This document shows, piece by piece, positions 27,401 through 39,219 of a stretch of 64,000 nucleotides of DNA. The notes under the pieces were generated by a model that made no database searches, was not told the DNA's origin, and saw only the letters and a program-made list of their open reading frames with translations. The position numbers and the translations under genes were made by a program. Within the stretch, counting starts at the first letter, position 1. Each line of letters begins with the position of its first letter. The stretch spans positions 31,558,001 through 31,622,000 of the forward strand of contig JBHGNT010000001.1 of the NCBI GenBank assembly GCA_043228905.1. Reading direction: 5' to 3'. Source of the DNA: Azolla caroliniana. Lineage: Eukaryota; Plantae; Polypodiophyta.

Positions 27401-30203
27401 TGTCGGTTGCTTACGAGCAATTAGTACCATTCTTGAGTCAGTCAGCAGGCTTCCGGAACTGTTTCTTCAAGTGGAACCCATATTGCTTCCTATCTTGCAG
27501 CATATGCTAACAACAGAAGGGCAGGGTAGGTTGAAAATACTGTTAATATTGAAGAGGGTGTTTGTTCTTCACTATTTGGGTTGATCATTTGCTCAGATAT
27601 ATCTTTGAAGAGCCTTTTGGTTATTGTCATATACTTAACTATCACTTAATTTGTGAATTGATCATTTGCTCAGATATCTTTGAAGAGCTTTTGGAGATAG
27701 TGTCATACTTAACTTACTTCACACCAACTATATCACTGAATCTGTGGAGCCTATGGCCACTCATGGTTTCAGCCTTGGATGAATGGGCCATTGATTACTT
27801 TGAAAGTAAGTTTACAGTCCTGACATCACTATTAGTCCTTAAATCGAATCATATCTTTAAATAAGGAAATGCAAAGATAGCCCTTAACTATGATGACCTA
27901 TATGTATGTATCTTCTATTTTCAAATGTCGATTCTGCTCATAAGTCAGGGTATCATTATTTCGTGAAATTCACAAATTAATGACACTAAATAGTTTCTAT
28001 AATAAGAGTTAATAGTACAAGTTCCAGCTCTTTTTTGAGAACTCTTAGATTAATTACATTAATAATTGCCATATACATTCAGTAAGGTAGCTTTCCTGTA
28101 ATGTAAGAATCAAAGTTAAATTTACAGTATTTTGTTGTAGTTGGAAGTTACAGCATTTTGTTTTGAGAAACTAGAGATTATAGTTGATGTTATCATACTG
28201 CACATTCCGAAATAATGTTATACAAATTACACTGGATTCCAGCAAAAAATAAGATGATGTTTTTGTAGCACTTTTGATAGTCATTTGTAGATCGTAGCTT
28301 CTTTTCTCTTTTTGAGTTTTAGAATCATATTAATATCCATGCAAGGCCATGCTTGCTGGTATCAGGAACTGCTTGTTTGGACTGAGAAATCTAATTTATA
28401 CATCTGTGTCCGTATAGGATACAAAGTGTAATATTTGTTTTTTATTTATGCTTCAGATATTCTGGTTCCATTAGACAACTATATATCCAGAAGCACTGAA
28501 CATTTCCTTTCCTGCAAAGAGCCAGACTTTCAGCAGAGCTTGTTTAAATTGATCTCCCGGGTAACCAAGAATTCATTTTCTATGATATTGATTGTCTCTA
28601 TAGTATATTCTACTTGACCTTTGTAATTTTTTACTTCTTTAAGGTGTTTGCTGATCCTAACTTTGAAGATGGTGACATAGAACCTGCACCCAAGCTTATT
28701 GAGGCAGTTCTTCAGAATTGCAAGGGTCGAGTGGATGAATGGATTGAACCTTACCTGAGAATTACCATTGATAGACTGCGGAGGACCCAAAAAAATTATT
28801 TGAAAGATTTATTAATTGCAGTGGTAGGTTTTCTTACACTATTGAAAGATTTTAATGCAGTGAAATCTATATGTTGAAATTATTATACGTCTGTGGATAG
28901 CATTGTGTATCATACTCGGTTGTCTTTGCTGTTTGGTGAGTGATAGCATAATGATGCATTTTGACTATTGTGAGTGTATAGTACGGTAGTGTATTTTAGA
29001 TTAAGGTGAGTGGATGTCAATGGCATAATGGTGTATTCTGACTATTGTGAGTGGATAAAATTATGATATATCATACTCTGCTGTTGCCTGTGGCTATATT
29101 GTAGGTAGCAAATGCGCTTTATTACAACACAGCACTAACGTTAAACATTCTTAAGAAAATGGGGGTCATGTCTGAGATCTTTCAAGCATGGCTTAGCCTT
29201 CTCTATGAGACGAAGAAAAGCGGTCAGCCTGTTCACTTTAGAAGGTGTTCTCTTTATTTGACTTTACATGATATTTAATTGGCAGGGATGCACTACTATA
29301 TTTCTTGTATTATTAATTTTCTTCTGCTGATGATCATAATATTGCTGTAGAGAACATGACAAGAAGGTGTGCATTTTGGGTCTGGTTTCGCTGTTACCAT
29401 TGCAAGCAGAGCTTCTGCCTCAGGAATTACAGTCAGGCCTTGACCAGGTCTTTAAAGCCGTGCTTAAGTTGCTTGTTGCATATAAGCAGCAATTGGAAGG
29501 TATACTTGAAGGTACAAATTTGAAGGAGTTAAGAGATATTCTTATGCGTCTGAAATTTCTTGTTTTATACTTCTAGAGTCTGCTAAGAGGGTTGATGAGG
29601 TAGAAGATAATGGCGAACTTGAAGGCTTAGACTCTGATGAGGATGATGACTGGGAGAAAGAATTAGAAGATGATGATGAGGATGGTGATGAAGTGGATTC
29701 TAGGAAATTCCAAAAGCTGGCTGCACAGGTCTGTTTAACACACATTCTCATGATTTTCTTTGTCTCAAATTCCAAATATTATGCAATTCTCAGTTGGTGG
29801 TTCCTTGTTGTGAGAAATCAGGCTAGTGCATTCCATAGGGAAGACGATGATGATAGTGATGACGATTTTACCGATGATGAAGAGTGCCATGCTCCCATTG
29901 ACATTGTGGATCCATTCATTCTTTTTGCTGATATAGTTAAAGGTAAGAGTGCTGTTTCTTTGATGCGTGTGGTTCAATTGCATATATGAAGTCTCAAGGT
30001 TTGGGTAAAAAAATGCAAGCAATTCATGGAATCCTTCTTTTTCTGGTATAGGTATATCGACTGTTGATCCCATGCGATTCCAAGCGTTGACACATAATTT
30101 GGACTTCCAGCATCAAGCTATGGCACATGGACTTTCCCAACATGCTGAAGAGAGAAGAAAAACTCTTGAGAAAGAGCTGGCTGAGAAAGGCACCCAACAC
30201 TAA
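21424..30203 (+). CDS. SAD2: Importin beta-like protein (importin-7/8 family), about 20 exons
   Basis: Starts [22 protein letters not shown]. Contains [96 protein letters not shown] and an acidic C-terminus; stop TAA at 30201-30203. Confidence 0.95.
23347..23934. mobile_element. Non-autonomous hAT-type DNA transposon (MITE), 588 bp, in SAD2 intron
   Basis: Perfect 18-bp TIR TAGCAATGGGCCCAGTTT, 8-bp TSD TTTGACAC (23339-23346 and 23935-23942), and many subterminal AAACC/AACCG repeats. Confidence 0.93.
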
Positions 30204-30463
30204 TAAAATACCCGTTGGGAGAAGCAATATGGAAACCCAGTCAGTTAGCAAACTTCACGATTAAATGTATTAGCATTCTTTTATTTGCATTCATTTATTG
30301 AATGAGATGTGTCATTTCCTAGGGTTTTTGGTTCATATACCCTTACGAAAGAAATTTTGTAGTAGTTGGCGGCTTTTGAGTTTGAAAATGGTGGTGGTGA
30401 CTCGGTGAGATCCACCACTTATTTTTCTTGAGTTGTATTTCTTAAACTGGTTTGTGCTATTTG

Positions 30464-30548
30464 TGTTGGAGACAAAGTCGTCTGTGCGGAAGATCAAGAA
30501 GCATTCGATTGCTGTTGAGTACCTGCGTATGACAGTTTCTATGTCGTT

Positions 30549-30582
<34 letters not shown>

Positions 30583-33500
30583 ACAAAAAAACTTTCTTAT
30601 TCCACAAAGCAATAATACAACACCCAACCTTACAAAAAGGTTACAAGGTCAATATATATAGTGACCGACTTAGGGCAACTACCCTTTATGCTAATTACAT
30701 AAATGGCCAAAACGGGATAGTGTGAATACGTCCATTATACACATGTATTCGACACTCCCCCGTAATGGGCGTATACATGGGTTATTTAAGATTACAGGTA
30801 TAGACTTAGGTTCTCGGGCATATCAGCTTTGTTCGAGTCGGCAGGGTCCGAAAGCAGAAGACCGAACTGGTCGGGTCGGAACAGTTGAAGCCGATCATTA
30901 AGGAACTGATGTCGGTTGTCGGGAACCATCCTGCTCTGTGTCCGGCTCTAACCGGACTGGTTTGTCGTTACGCCCATCTGATGCCGAAGAGACCGAAAGC
31001 GGTCTGCCGAAAGACACTTGGTCATTCCATCTGCGACATTGTCGGTTGTGGATATTTTCTCTAGACCGATTTTCCCTGAAATGACGCAGTCCCGAACGAA
31101 GTGATATCGAACGTCGATATGTTTGGAGGCGTTGTGGTGAACCGGATTTTTCGACAAGGCAACAGCACCTTGACTGTCGCTGTAGACAACTGGAGCCGAG
31201 TCATGGTCGACTTGTCGAAACGTGTGCGCCAGCCGACTGAGCCACAAAGCTTCTTTTGCTGCGTCGGACGCAGCTACATATTCTGCTTCGGTCGTTGAGG
31301 TCGCTGTGCACTCCTGAAGTTTCGACTTCCACGAGATTGCCCCATTGCCGAATTTGAAGCAGTATCCGGTTGTTGATTTTCTACCATAGCGAGCCAATCG
31401 GAGAAGATCGAGAAGACCCGATCTTTGGTGCGAATTGAATAAGCCCACACCTTTCGAGTCGAATCGTCAATAAAAGTGACGAAGTAAGAGGCACCGCCTA
31501 GAGACTGATGCGGCATTGGGCCACAGACGTCCGAGTGGACCAAATCGAGAGGTCTCGTTTCTCTTGGTGCTGATGTCGGGTGTGATGCGGCTGCTTGTTT
31601 GCCATACTGGCAATGCTCGCAAAATTGATGGTCGGAGAAGGAGAGTTTGGGGATGTATCCGGCTCTAGATAGGTGCGTGATGCCGGCCTTGCTGAGGTGT
31701 CCTAATCTTCGGTGCCATAGTGATGACACAGGAATATCCACCAAAAACAGGTTACCCTCTCTGAGCGTAACATGTAACGGATACAGGGAGTGTATCTTGG
31801 GTCCTCTAGCAAGCAGGAGGTTCCCCCTGTGGAGTGTCCACCCTCCCGAAGAAAAACCGGCACGAATGCCGTCTTCATCTAGTTGTCCGACTGAGATCAA
31901 TGGCCTTGAGAGCTCGGGTACATGTCGGACATTGTGGAGTACAAGTGTAGAGCCACCTGCAAGGTTGAGCTCTACTGTGCCGATTCCGATAATGTCACAG
32001 TGTTGTGAGTTGCCGACTCGAACTGAGTCGGAGTGACGGATCGTATATTGCCGGAATTGGGATCGATGAGGAGTCACGTGAAATGACGCGCCCGAATCTA
32101 AGAGCCATGTGCTCGATTCTTCAGTCGTGAGTAGAACTTCTGATCCGACTGGATTTTCGATTGATAGTATATTCGGGTCGTCCGGTAGTACATCAGCTGA
32201 GAAGCTGACGTAATTGATCTCCTCATGCCGGCCACTCTTCTTGTTGTTCTTGTTCTTGAGTGCGCGGCAGTCTGCTTTGATGTGTTCGGGTTTCTTGCAA
32301 TAGTTGCAGATTCGGTTATCCCGTGACTGGCTCCGTCTTCGCTGATTGTTCGGCGGTCGTGAGGAATCTCTTCCTCGTATGTTCGATCGGTCTGTCGAAC
32401 CTTGTACTACGTAAGCGTCATCTGTTGAGTCTTTGGCGAAAGACTTTCTCCGAGCTGCTTCGGTCAGGATTGCGCTCGTGACTTCGGAGTATTTAACAGC
32501 CGTGGTTGACGCGTTGCACACGGTTGTGACGAAAGTTTCCCATGATGAGGGAAGGCTGCTCATGAGTATCATTGCTCTGAGTTCATCCTCGATTGCCGTC
32601 CCCTGTGACGAGATTTGGGAGCTTATGCTTTCGTACTCATTGAGGTGTGCTTGAACCGAATCGGATTCTTTCATCCGCAAGTTGTAGAGGCGCCGGATTA
32701 GAAACATCTTCGTTGCGGCGACCTTCTTTTCGTAAGTGTCCGACAGTGTTTTCCACAGTTCGAATGCTGTCGTACACGATTGCACCGTAAAGTATACCGA
32801 TTCCGATAGGTGCATCCGAATCGTGGCGCGGACAATTCTGTCCAGCTTCTGCCACTCAATTGGTTTGTATCCTTCTGGAGGTTCTTCATTTTCGATGGGA
32901 TCGATTTGCCCCTTGACTATGAGATAGTCCTGCATTTGCTCCTTCCAGAAGTTGAAGTTCGATCCATCGAACTTTCGTAGACTCATTTCTGACGAGCCGG
33001 ATGTTGATGCCATCAAATTTGGTTTCGGTTAACGAAGCTCGGTTCGGAGTTGACTACGAACCTTGTTGGAGTGCAGCCGGTTGGCTCACCCGATATCGTT
33101 CTAGTCGGATTTGAACCTGAGTCGGTTCGGCTTCGAATATATGTATTGTTGAACTTGCTCGAATTGACTCCGGTAACTTGAGGGACAGAACCGACTGGTC
33201 TTCCCGAATGGTTCCGAGTCGAAGTGAGCCCGGTTTGCTTCGGATATATATACCGAATACCGATTATTGAAACCGATTATCTGGACCGATTCGGCTTCGG
33301 GTGACTGCAGCGACGAGAGAGATGGATCCAACTGATCCTCTCGAATGTCGATCAGCCGGATGAAGCACGAATTTGGGGTTGTTGTCTTGAGACCGATCTG
33401 CACCGAGTGGTTACAACGAGCGGCGTTTGATTACCTCTTCGGATGCCGTTTAACCGGGTGGAGCACGATCGTGTCAATGTTGCACAAGGGGATTTCACCT

Positions 33501-33779
33501 CGAGCGGTTACGATCACAAGGAACGGAGTACGACCTGCTGGCTTACTCCAAACAAAGATGATCTAACGCGATGAGATGCAGGCCTCGTTTTTCTTCTTCT
33601 TCTCTCTTCTTCGAATGACGCAGGAAACCGAATGCTGAGACGACGGCCGACAGCGGATTGAAGGACCGACTACTGTGAATGCTCTGATACCAGATGTTGG
33701 AGACAAAGTCGTCTGTGCGGAAGATCAAGAAGCATTCGATTGCTGTTGAGTACCTGCGTATGACAGTTTCTATGTCGTT

Positions 33780-33813
<34 letters not shown>

Positions 33814-33985
33814 ACAAAAAAACTTTCTTATTCCACAAAGCAATAATACAACACCCAACCTTACAAAAAGGTTACAAGGTCAATATATATAGTGACCGAC
33901 TTAGGGCAACTACCCTTTATGCTAATTACATAAATGGCCAAAACGGGATAGTGTGAATACGTCCATTATACACATGTATTCGACA
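30464..33985 (-). mobile_element. Very young, internally deleted Ty1/copia element (intact gag-protease; RT and most of integrase missing)
   Basis: 291-bp LTRs (30464-30754, 33695-33985), identical on visual comparison; TSD ATTTG; PBS TGGTATCAGAGC at 33681-33692; PPT at 30755. ORF 31274..33016 encodes gag, CCHC, protease (WLLDSGAS) and the integrase N-part. It is fused out of frame to RNase H (KSTTGYCF..STTEAEY..SKHIDVRYHFVR). Confidence 0.97.
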
Positions 33986-36339
33986 ATTTGTTAGCAGATT
34001 TTATTTTGATTCGAACTAACAATTTATGCAATTTGCTTATTCCATTTTTGTTTCTGTGATACCAATTTAATGTATAAATGTTTTTCAGAATTGTCATTTG
34101 GATGGATGCATCTTCAATAGTTACTATGCACGAGATTTTCATGGTTTTCTTTGGTCTACTTAATGAGTTGTTAAAAAAATACCCATCTTAGTAAATAAAG
34201 AGTTATCTAATACAGCTAATGTTTTAAACTCATGGAACACTTTTCAAGGATTTCAGCTTGTACTGAAGGAATGCTGATCGTTATTGATTATTGTTGGGCG
34301 TATGGTCTTCATATATTGTTCAAATTTAAGTGAAAACATGATACGTAAGCATACAACAAAGATATTATATAGGATTAGAGGAAGACAGAAATAAAAACAA
34401 AGGAGGGATTGTGATTTAGTAGAAGACTTGTCTTAAATTAATGGAAGTCTAAGTAAGACTTGAATTATATCAGAAAGTTTAAAGGACTTGGTACTAAAAC
34501 TTGAGGGAAGTATTGCATAGAAGAGAGATATACGTTTTTGAGGAACTAGGATATGGGTAAAAGGCGTGTGAAAATACGAGATGCAATGTATTTTCTTTAA
34601 AGAGACCAACTAGCCTATGAGACCAAAACAATATACATCTTATAGGTCATTCACTTGTTTGAGAGATAGAATTTAGCTACTATTAAGTTTAATTAGTAGC
34701 ATGAAGCTAATCGTGTTGACTAATTCCAAACCCCCCAAGAAGATGCCTCATCTCTACTATTGTCTAGTAGTCTTCACTCAAGCCTTTGCTCCATGATATC
34801 CATGATTGCTCTTATTTGTTTAGGCGATTTTCTTCAATTGTAGTCATGGGTGTCTCCTAGACCTTGAGTTCTTCAATCTATCTCCACGGTAGTCCCAAAT
34901 ACAATATTTGGTTTAGAGAATTCCAATGCATTTTGGGACCAATGAGTTCCTAAGTGGGAGGTTTTTGCATTTGGTAGAAGGTGGGTTCAAACAAGAAAAT
35001 GTAGGGTTGTCTTGCCATTCTTCCAAGAAATGTTTGAGAGGAGTTGCTATTTGGTTTGGATGTGTTCACATCAAAGGGAGTAGGAGATTTGATATATAAT
35101 CTTCATCTTAGTTCAAATCCTCTTGAGTTCCTCGTAAACATTCAATAGCTATGGGGTTCATAGAGTTGAGGTGGCTTCATTGAAAGGACGCTAAGTATTT
35201 TCTCATAAGAGCCCATTAAGAAAGTCAATTAGTAGTAAGAAAAGGTATCAATGAGGTTGTATCTCAATTTATTTATTTACTTAGTGTATTTATTAATATT
35301 TGACATATCAATGAGGAAGAACAAAGATATTCAAGGTCAAGGTTGGTTTGTATCACTACGATTATTATTATGAATAATAAATTTAGTTGATATTTAATCA
35401 AGTGTGGACAAAAGAAAAGAATACCTATGATATACAATGGTAAGAATATCTAATTTACTCTTGGGCATTGTATAAATCATCAATCTATACCCCCTAGGAA
35501 AAAGTGAGGATTTATACAACAACAATTTTTAAAGGTGAACAAATAGAGTTGAGTTTTGAGACCGAGAGTGTAGAATAGTATTTTTAGTCCATGAGGAGGC
35601 CACATTTTGACATTTGGGACCAAGTCAATGAATTAAGCAAAATATGGGATAAGTAGGAATAAATCAATGGCAACCAATTATATTAGGAATAAATCAATTA
35701 TAAATCAACAAGAGACTTTAACACAAACAACTAGCCTATCGAGTTTATGAGACTACGTTCATATATAAGGCATATGGTTAATGATTTACTCTTAAACATT
35801 TGAGCCCTTGTTTGGTGAAACTTGGGGCAAGTAGAGTGGAAGGTGTTTGTCTTGTTTACTAAGATGGAAGCCCAATGATTGGCTATCTTGACTCTGCCAT
35901 TTTGCCAATTCTTCAATTATTTCCTTTGGACGGTGTTGTGTAGTCATTGATTATTTATTACTTAGAGAGTCGTTGTAGGTGAAGACTTGAACTATAAAGG
36001 GAAGGGCCATATTCAAGAAGAAAATGACATTTTCAACGTTGAAATGAGGAATTATATTTTTCGATGAAAGGATGAGAATGGGTCTCCGATTTTTTAGTAG
36101 TTGAGATCTTTATTGAGGTGACTTTGACTTATAATATTATGATAGCTCTAAAAGCCTTCACTTATATTGTAAACATTTGATAGTATTAAGGATACTATCT
36201 GCTTTTTACAATTGCTCTATGCACAAAATTAATACCAAGGTGAATCTTGACTTTAAAATATAAAATAAAATTAGTGGCTAGAGTTTTTTGCTAGTAAATG
36301 GTAAGCAAAATTGATAGCTACATAAGATGAATGCAACCA

Positions 36340-36384
36340 AAGATTCAAGAGGGTTTTTTTGGAAAAAAAAGAAGATTCAAGAGG
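36340..36384 (+). mobile_element. Probable extremely 5'-truncated LINE tail insertion (~19 bp) with 13-bp TSD
   Basis: AAGATTCAAGAGG at 36340-36352 and 36372-36384 flanks GTTTTTTTGGAAAAAAAAG, which matches the 3' terminus of the LINE at 45865-45885. Confidence 0.6.
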
Positions 36385-36929
36385 TTGCAAGCCAACTCTT
36401 ACTTTGTAAACTCCTTTTTGAATAAGTGTAAAGGCATTCTACTAGACATCAAGAGATAATGTGACAACTTGTAGGAGGAGCCCTCTCATGGCAACTTGAG
36501 CTCCTTCAGAGGTTTCAATCAAGTTTTGAGCACGGTACAAGTTACACTAGGTAGGGGGATTGATGTTCACCCCTTTGTCAATCATGGACAAATATGCAAA
36601 TTGAATGTGATTGAACCATGACATATCCACAATCTTGAAATAAGTGCAATAGTAACAAACATAAACCACAAACTTCTTGATGACCAAACATTTTCCGAAA
36701 TGTTTGATTCGATGGAACATGGAGGATTCATGAACGTGAGAGAATGTAGCCAATTGGGAACCATTTTAATAGATGGGGCCCCACTCAAAAACTTTTACAA
36801 ATTTCCTTTTTTTTAACTCAACTAGAACAATTGTCGAGGTGCAACACGACGTAATAATTGATTAGCGGCAAAGACTTATCCTCCGATACTTTGACAAGAG
36901 GATCCCCAATGGGCGTGGCAGTATACGAG

Positions 36930-37115
36930 TACACAAACCGAGTAGTAGGGTGTGTGGACATGATTGACTGACAAAGAACACGAGGTGTGGCATGTATCGA
37001 GGGCTTGACAATCGGGGGACTACGAGCATGCCTTTGACTTTTGATAGTGTACGAGGACGAATGCCGAGTAGTAGGGTCAAATGACAAGAAAGAGCACGAG
37101 ATGTGGCATGTATGG
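36930..37115. repeat. Degenerate direct repeat, about 125-bp period, in a GC-richer island (possible TE remnant)
   Basis: CCGAGTAGTAGGGT and CACGAG(G/A)TGTGGCATGTAT each occur twice. Confidence 0.55.
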
Positions 37116-37550
37116 ACCGTTTCACACTCTAGGGATTACCAAGTGTGACCTTGACTTGAGAGAAAGAAAACAAAACCAGTTAGTCAATTAAGTCTTGTGT
37201 GGAAGGGGTTGGGATGGATGGGGGGGGGGGGACACTTTTTGCTGGTGAAGATGAACACGGTGTTGACTTTTAATGTTCAAGAATGCTCTGTGCTAATGAA
37301 TGACCTCAAGCCTTCTTATTCTCTCTTGCATTTCTTCTTTCCATCCTTCACCCTCACCCTCACCCTCACCTCTCTGCCTCTCTGTCTCTTTACATCCCCT
37401 GAGTAGTATCTAGAGTTGTATATGTCTTCCAGCTTTTCTTCTTCTTATTTACATGAATCCAGCTTATGAATGTATGCATTATATATGATTAGCATATATT
37501 CCTAAGTGCATACCAAGAACTTGAGAGAGAAGGGAAAACCCACTAGAGTT

Positions 37551-39005
37551 ATGTCTTTACTTGGCAAACTTCGACGGAAAAAGAGTGCTAGATTTGTCGT
37601 CTTCAAAAGGTCAGATAAACATGTGGAGGGAGGAACTGTGATATATTCAATAAATGGTCATGGATATAGTGATGATGGTGGTGGTGTTAATGATGAATTA
37701 GAGAATGTAGAATATTCAGATTCCTCAACAGCCAATAAAGATAAGGATGATGTCATAGGGAAGGTTCACATGGAGCCAGTCTCGGATTTATTCGGACTAA
37801 GGAGCGCAGAAGAAAGTGTTTCGATAGGGTTCATCCCTAATGATGCCAAGATTATAGAGCAAGAACGAGAGATCGAGAAGTTGAATGCGGGATTGTCATT
37901 GGATCCATGGCTTCTTCATTTGGTGAAGATGAGTGCATTTCTGTCATTCATAATGGGAGCATTCTATGTTGGCAAGACAATGATTTTGTTCATAACATTG
38001 GCAATTTGTATGGTTTGCAAAGTCCGAATCTCACCCTGCAAATGTTTCCACGAGAACCTTAAAATTAGCTCTAGAAGTAGAAATACCAGCACTGTAGAGA
38101 CATCACTAGAAGACATTAATGGCCAAACAAAACAGCTACCAAATTCATTGGTCATTGCTTCTCTGAGGCCTAAAGTAATGGATTATTTGATAGGTCTAAA
38201 AGCTCTAAACTTGGAGATAAACACCACCATCACCACTAGTGACAATACTACAGATAGCAACAAAACCACTCCAACAAAGCAATCTAAGAGGTTATCTAGC
38301 ATAAGGCCGACAGATATTGATGATATATCATCATCACCATTACAACCGTGTTCATTGTCATCATCTATAGATCCATGGTCTATGTTCCCCGAAGAAAATT
38401 GTACTGGTACTCCGACAGCCCCGGTGGAAAAACAACAAGGAGGGAAGATGAAGAATTACAAGAACTTGCTTAAGTATCTCAAGATTAAAGAGAAAGGCCA
38501 TCAAACCAGAAGAATGACATCCAACTCCTCTTTCCCTGGCTGCGCTTCACCAAGACCGCGGACAAGTGTCGATGAAATGGTAAGGTCAAATCTATCTTCT
38601 CCAACATTAATGATGAGATCAAGCAGAGTTGAGCATAAACAACAAGTTAGGCCTAACCCAACATTCCTGATGCAATCCATGTCCAGTGTCCCCAAGTCAC
38701 TGACAAATGGGATGGAAGAGGGTCCAAAAGCAATGAAGAAGAGATCTCCATTGAAGCCTGCAGGTGCTACATTAAGGAAGAACGAGAAAGGAATCTGGGT
38801 GAGGGTGAGGCTTAGCACAAGGTGGACTGGGTTATTAGGGTTTGCAGTGAGTATGGTTGGGATTGTGACGAGTGGTCATGGTGTTGCAATAGCTGGCCTT
38901 GTTTGCTTCTGGTATGCAGCAGGGAATGTGGTCACATTATTAAGATCCAAGGGTCCCCCAAATTGCTCCCCTGCCTCTCAAGGACCTTCTCTAACCAAAC
39001 ACTGA
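37551..39005 (+). CDS. Intronless uncharacterised protein (~484 aa) with two hydrophobic hairpin segments separated by Ser/basic low-complexity sequence
   Basis: Long ORF in AT-rich DNA; first ATG at 37551. Hydrophobic blocks LDPWLLHLVKMSAFLSFIMGAFYVGKTMILFITLAICMV and WTGLLGFAVSMVGIVTSGHGVAIAGLVCFWY. Confidence 0.75.
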   Translation: MSLLGKLRRKKSARFVVFKRSDKHVEGGTVIYSINGHGYSDDGGGVNDELENVEYSDSSTANKDKDDVIGKVHMEPVSDLFGLRSAEESVSIGFIPNDAKIIEQEREIEKLNAGLSLDPWLLHLVKMSAFLSFIMGAFYVGKTMILFITLAICMVCKVRISPCKCFHENLKISSRSRNTSTVETSLEDINGQTKQLPNSLVIASLRPKVMDYLIGLKALNLEINTTITTSDNTTDSNKTTPTKQSKRLSSIRPTDIDDISSSPLQPCSLSSSIDPWSMFPEENCTGTPTAPVEKQQGGKMKNYKNLLKYLKIKEKGHQTRRMTSNSSFPGCASPRPRTSVDEMVRSNLSSPTLMMRSSRVEHKQQVRPNPTFLMQSMSSVPKSLTNGMEEGPKAMKKRSPLKPAGATLRKNEKGIWVRVRLSTRWTGLLGFAVSMVGIVTSGHGVAIAGLVCFWYAAGNVVTLLRSKGPPNCSPASQGPSLTKH

Positions 39006-39063
39006 GGATCCATCCAATCTCTCCTCATGATTCTTCATGATTCTGCTTATAGACATGACATAG

Positions 39064-39219
39064 ACACACACACACACATACCCACCCACGCACACACACA
39101 CACACGCACACACATATACATATGTTATATATGTATATATGTATCTACATACATAGATGTATGTATATATGTATGTATATATGTATGTATGTGTTTGCAT
39201 TTCTATGAGAGAGAGAGAG
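39064..39219. repeat. Compound (CA)n/(TATG)n/(GA)n microsatellite in 3' region
   Basis: Directly visible simple repeats. Confidence 0.85.

Noticed and set aside
36831-37126. TG..CA-bounded GC-richer island as a solo LTR
   Set aside because: No matching target-site duplication was found; only the internal direct repeat is reported.
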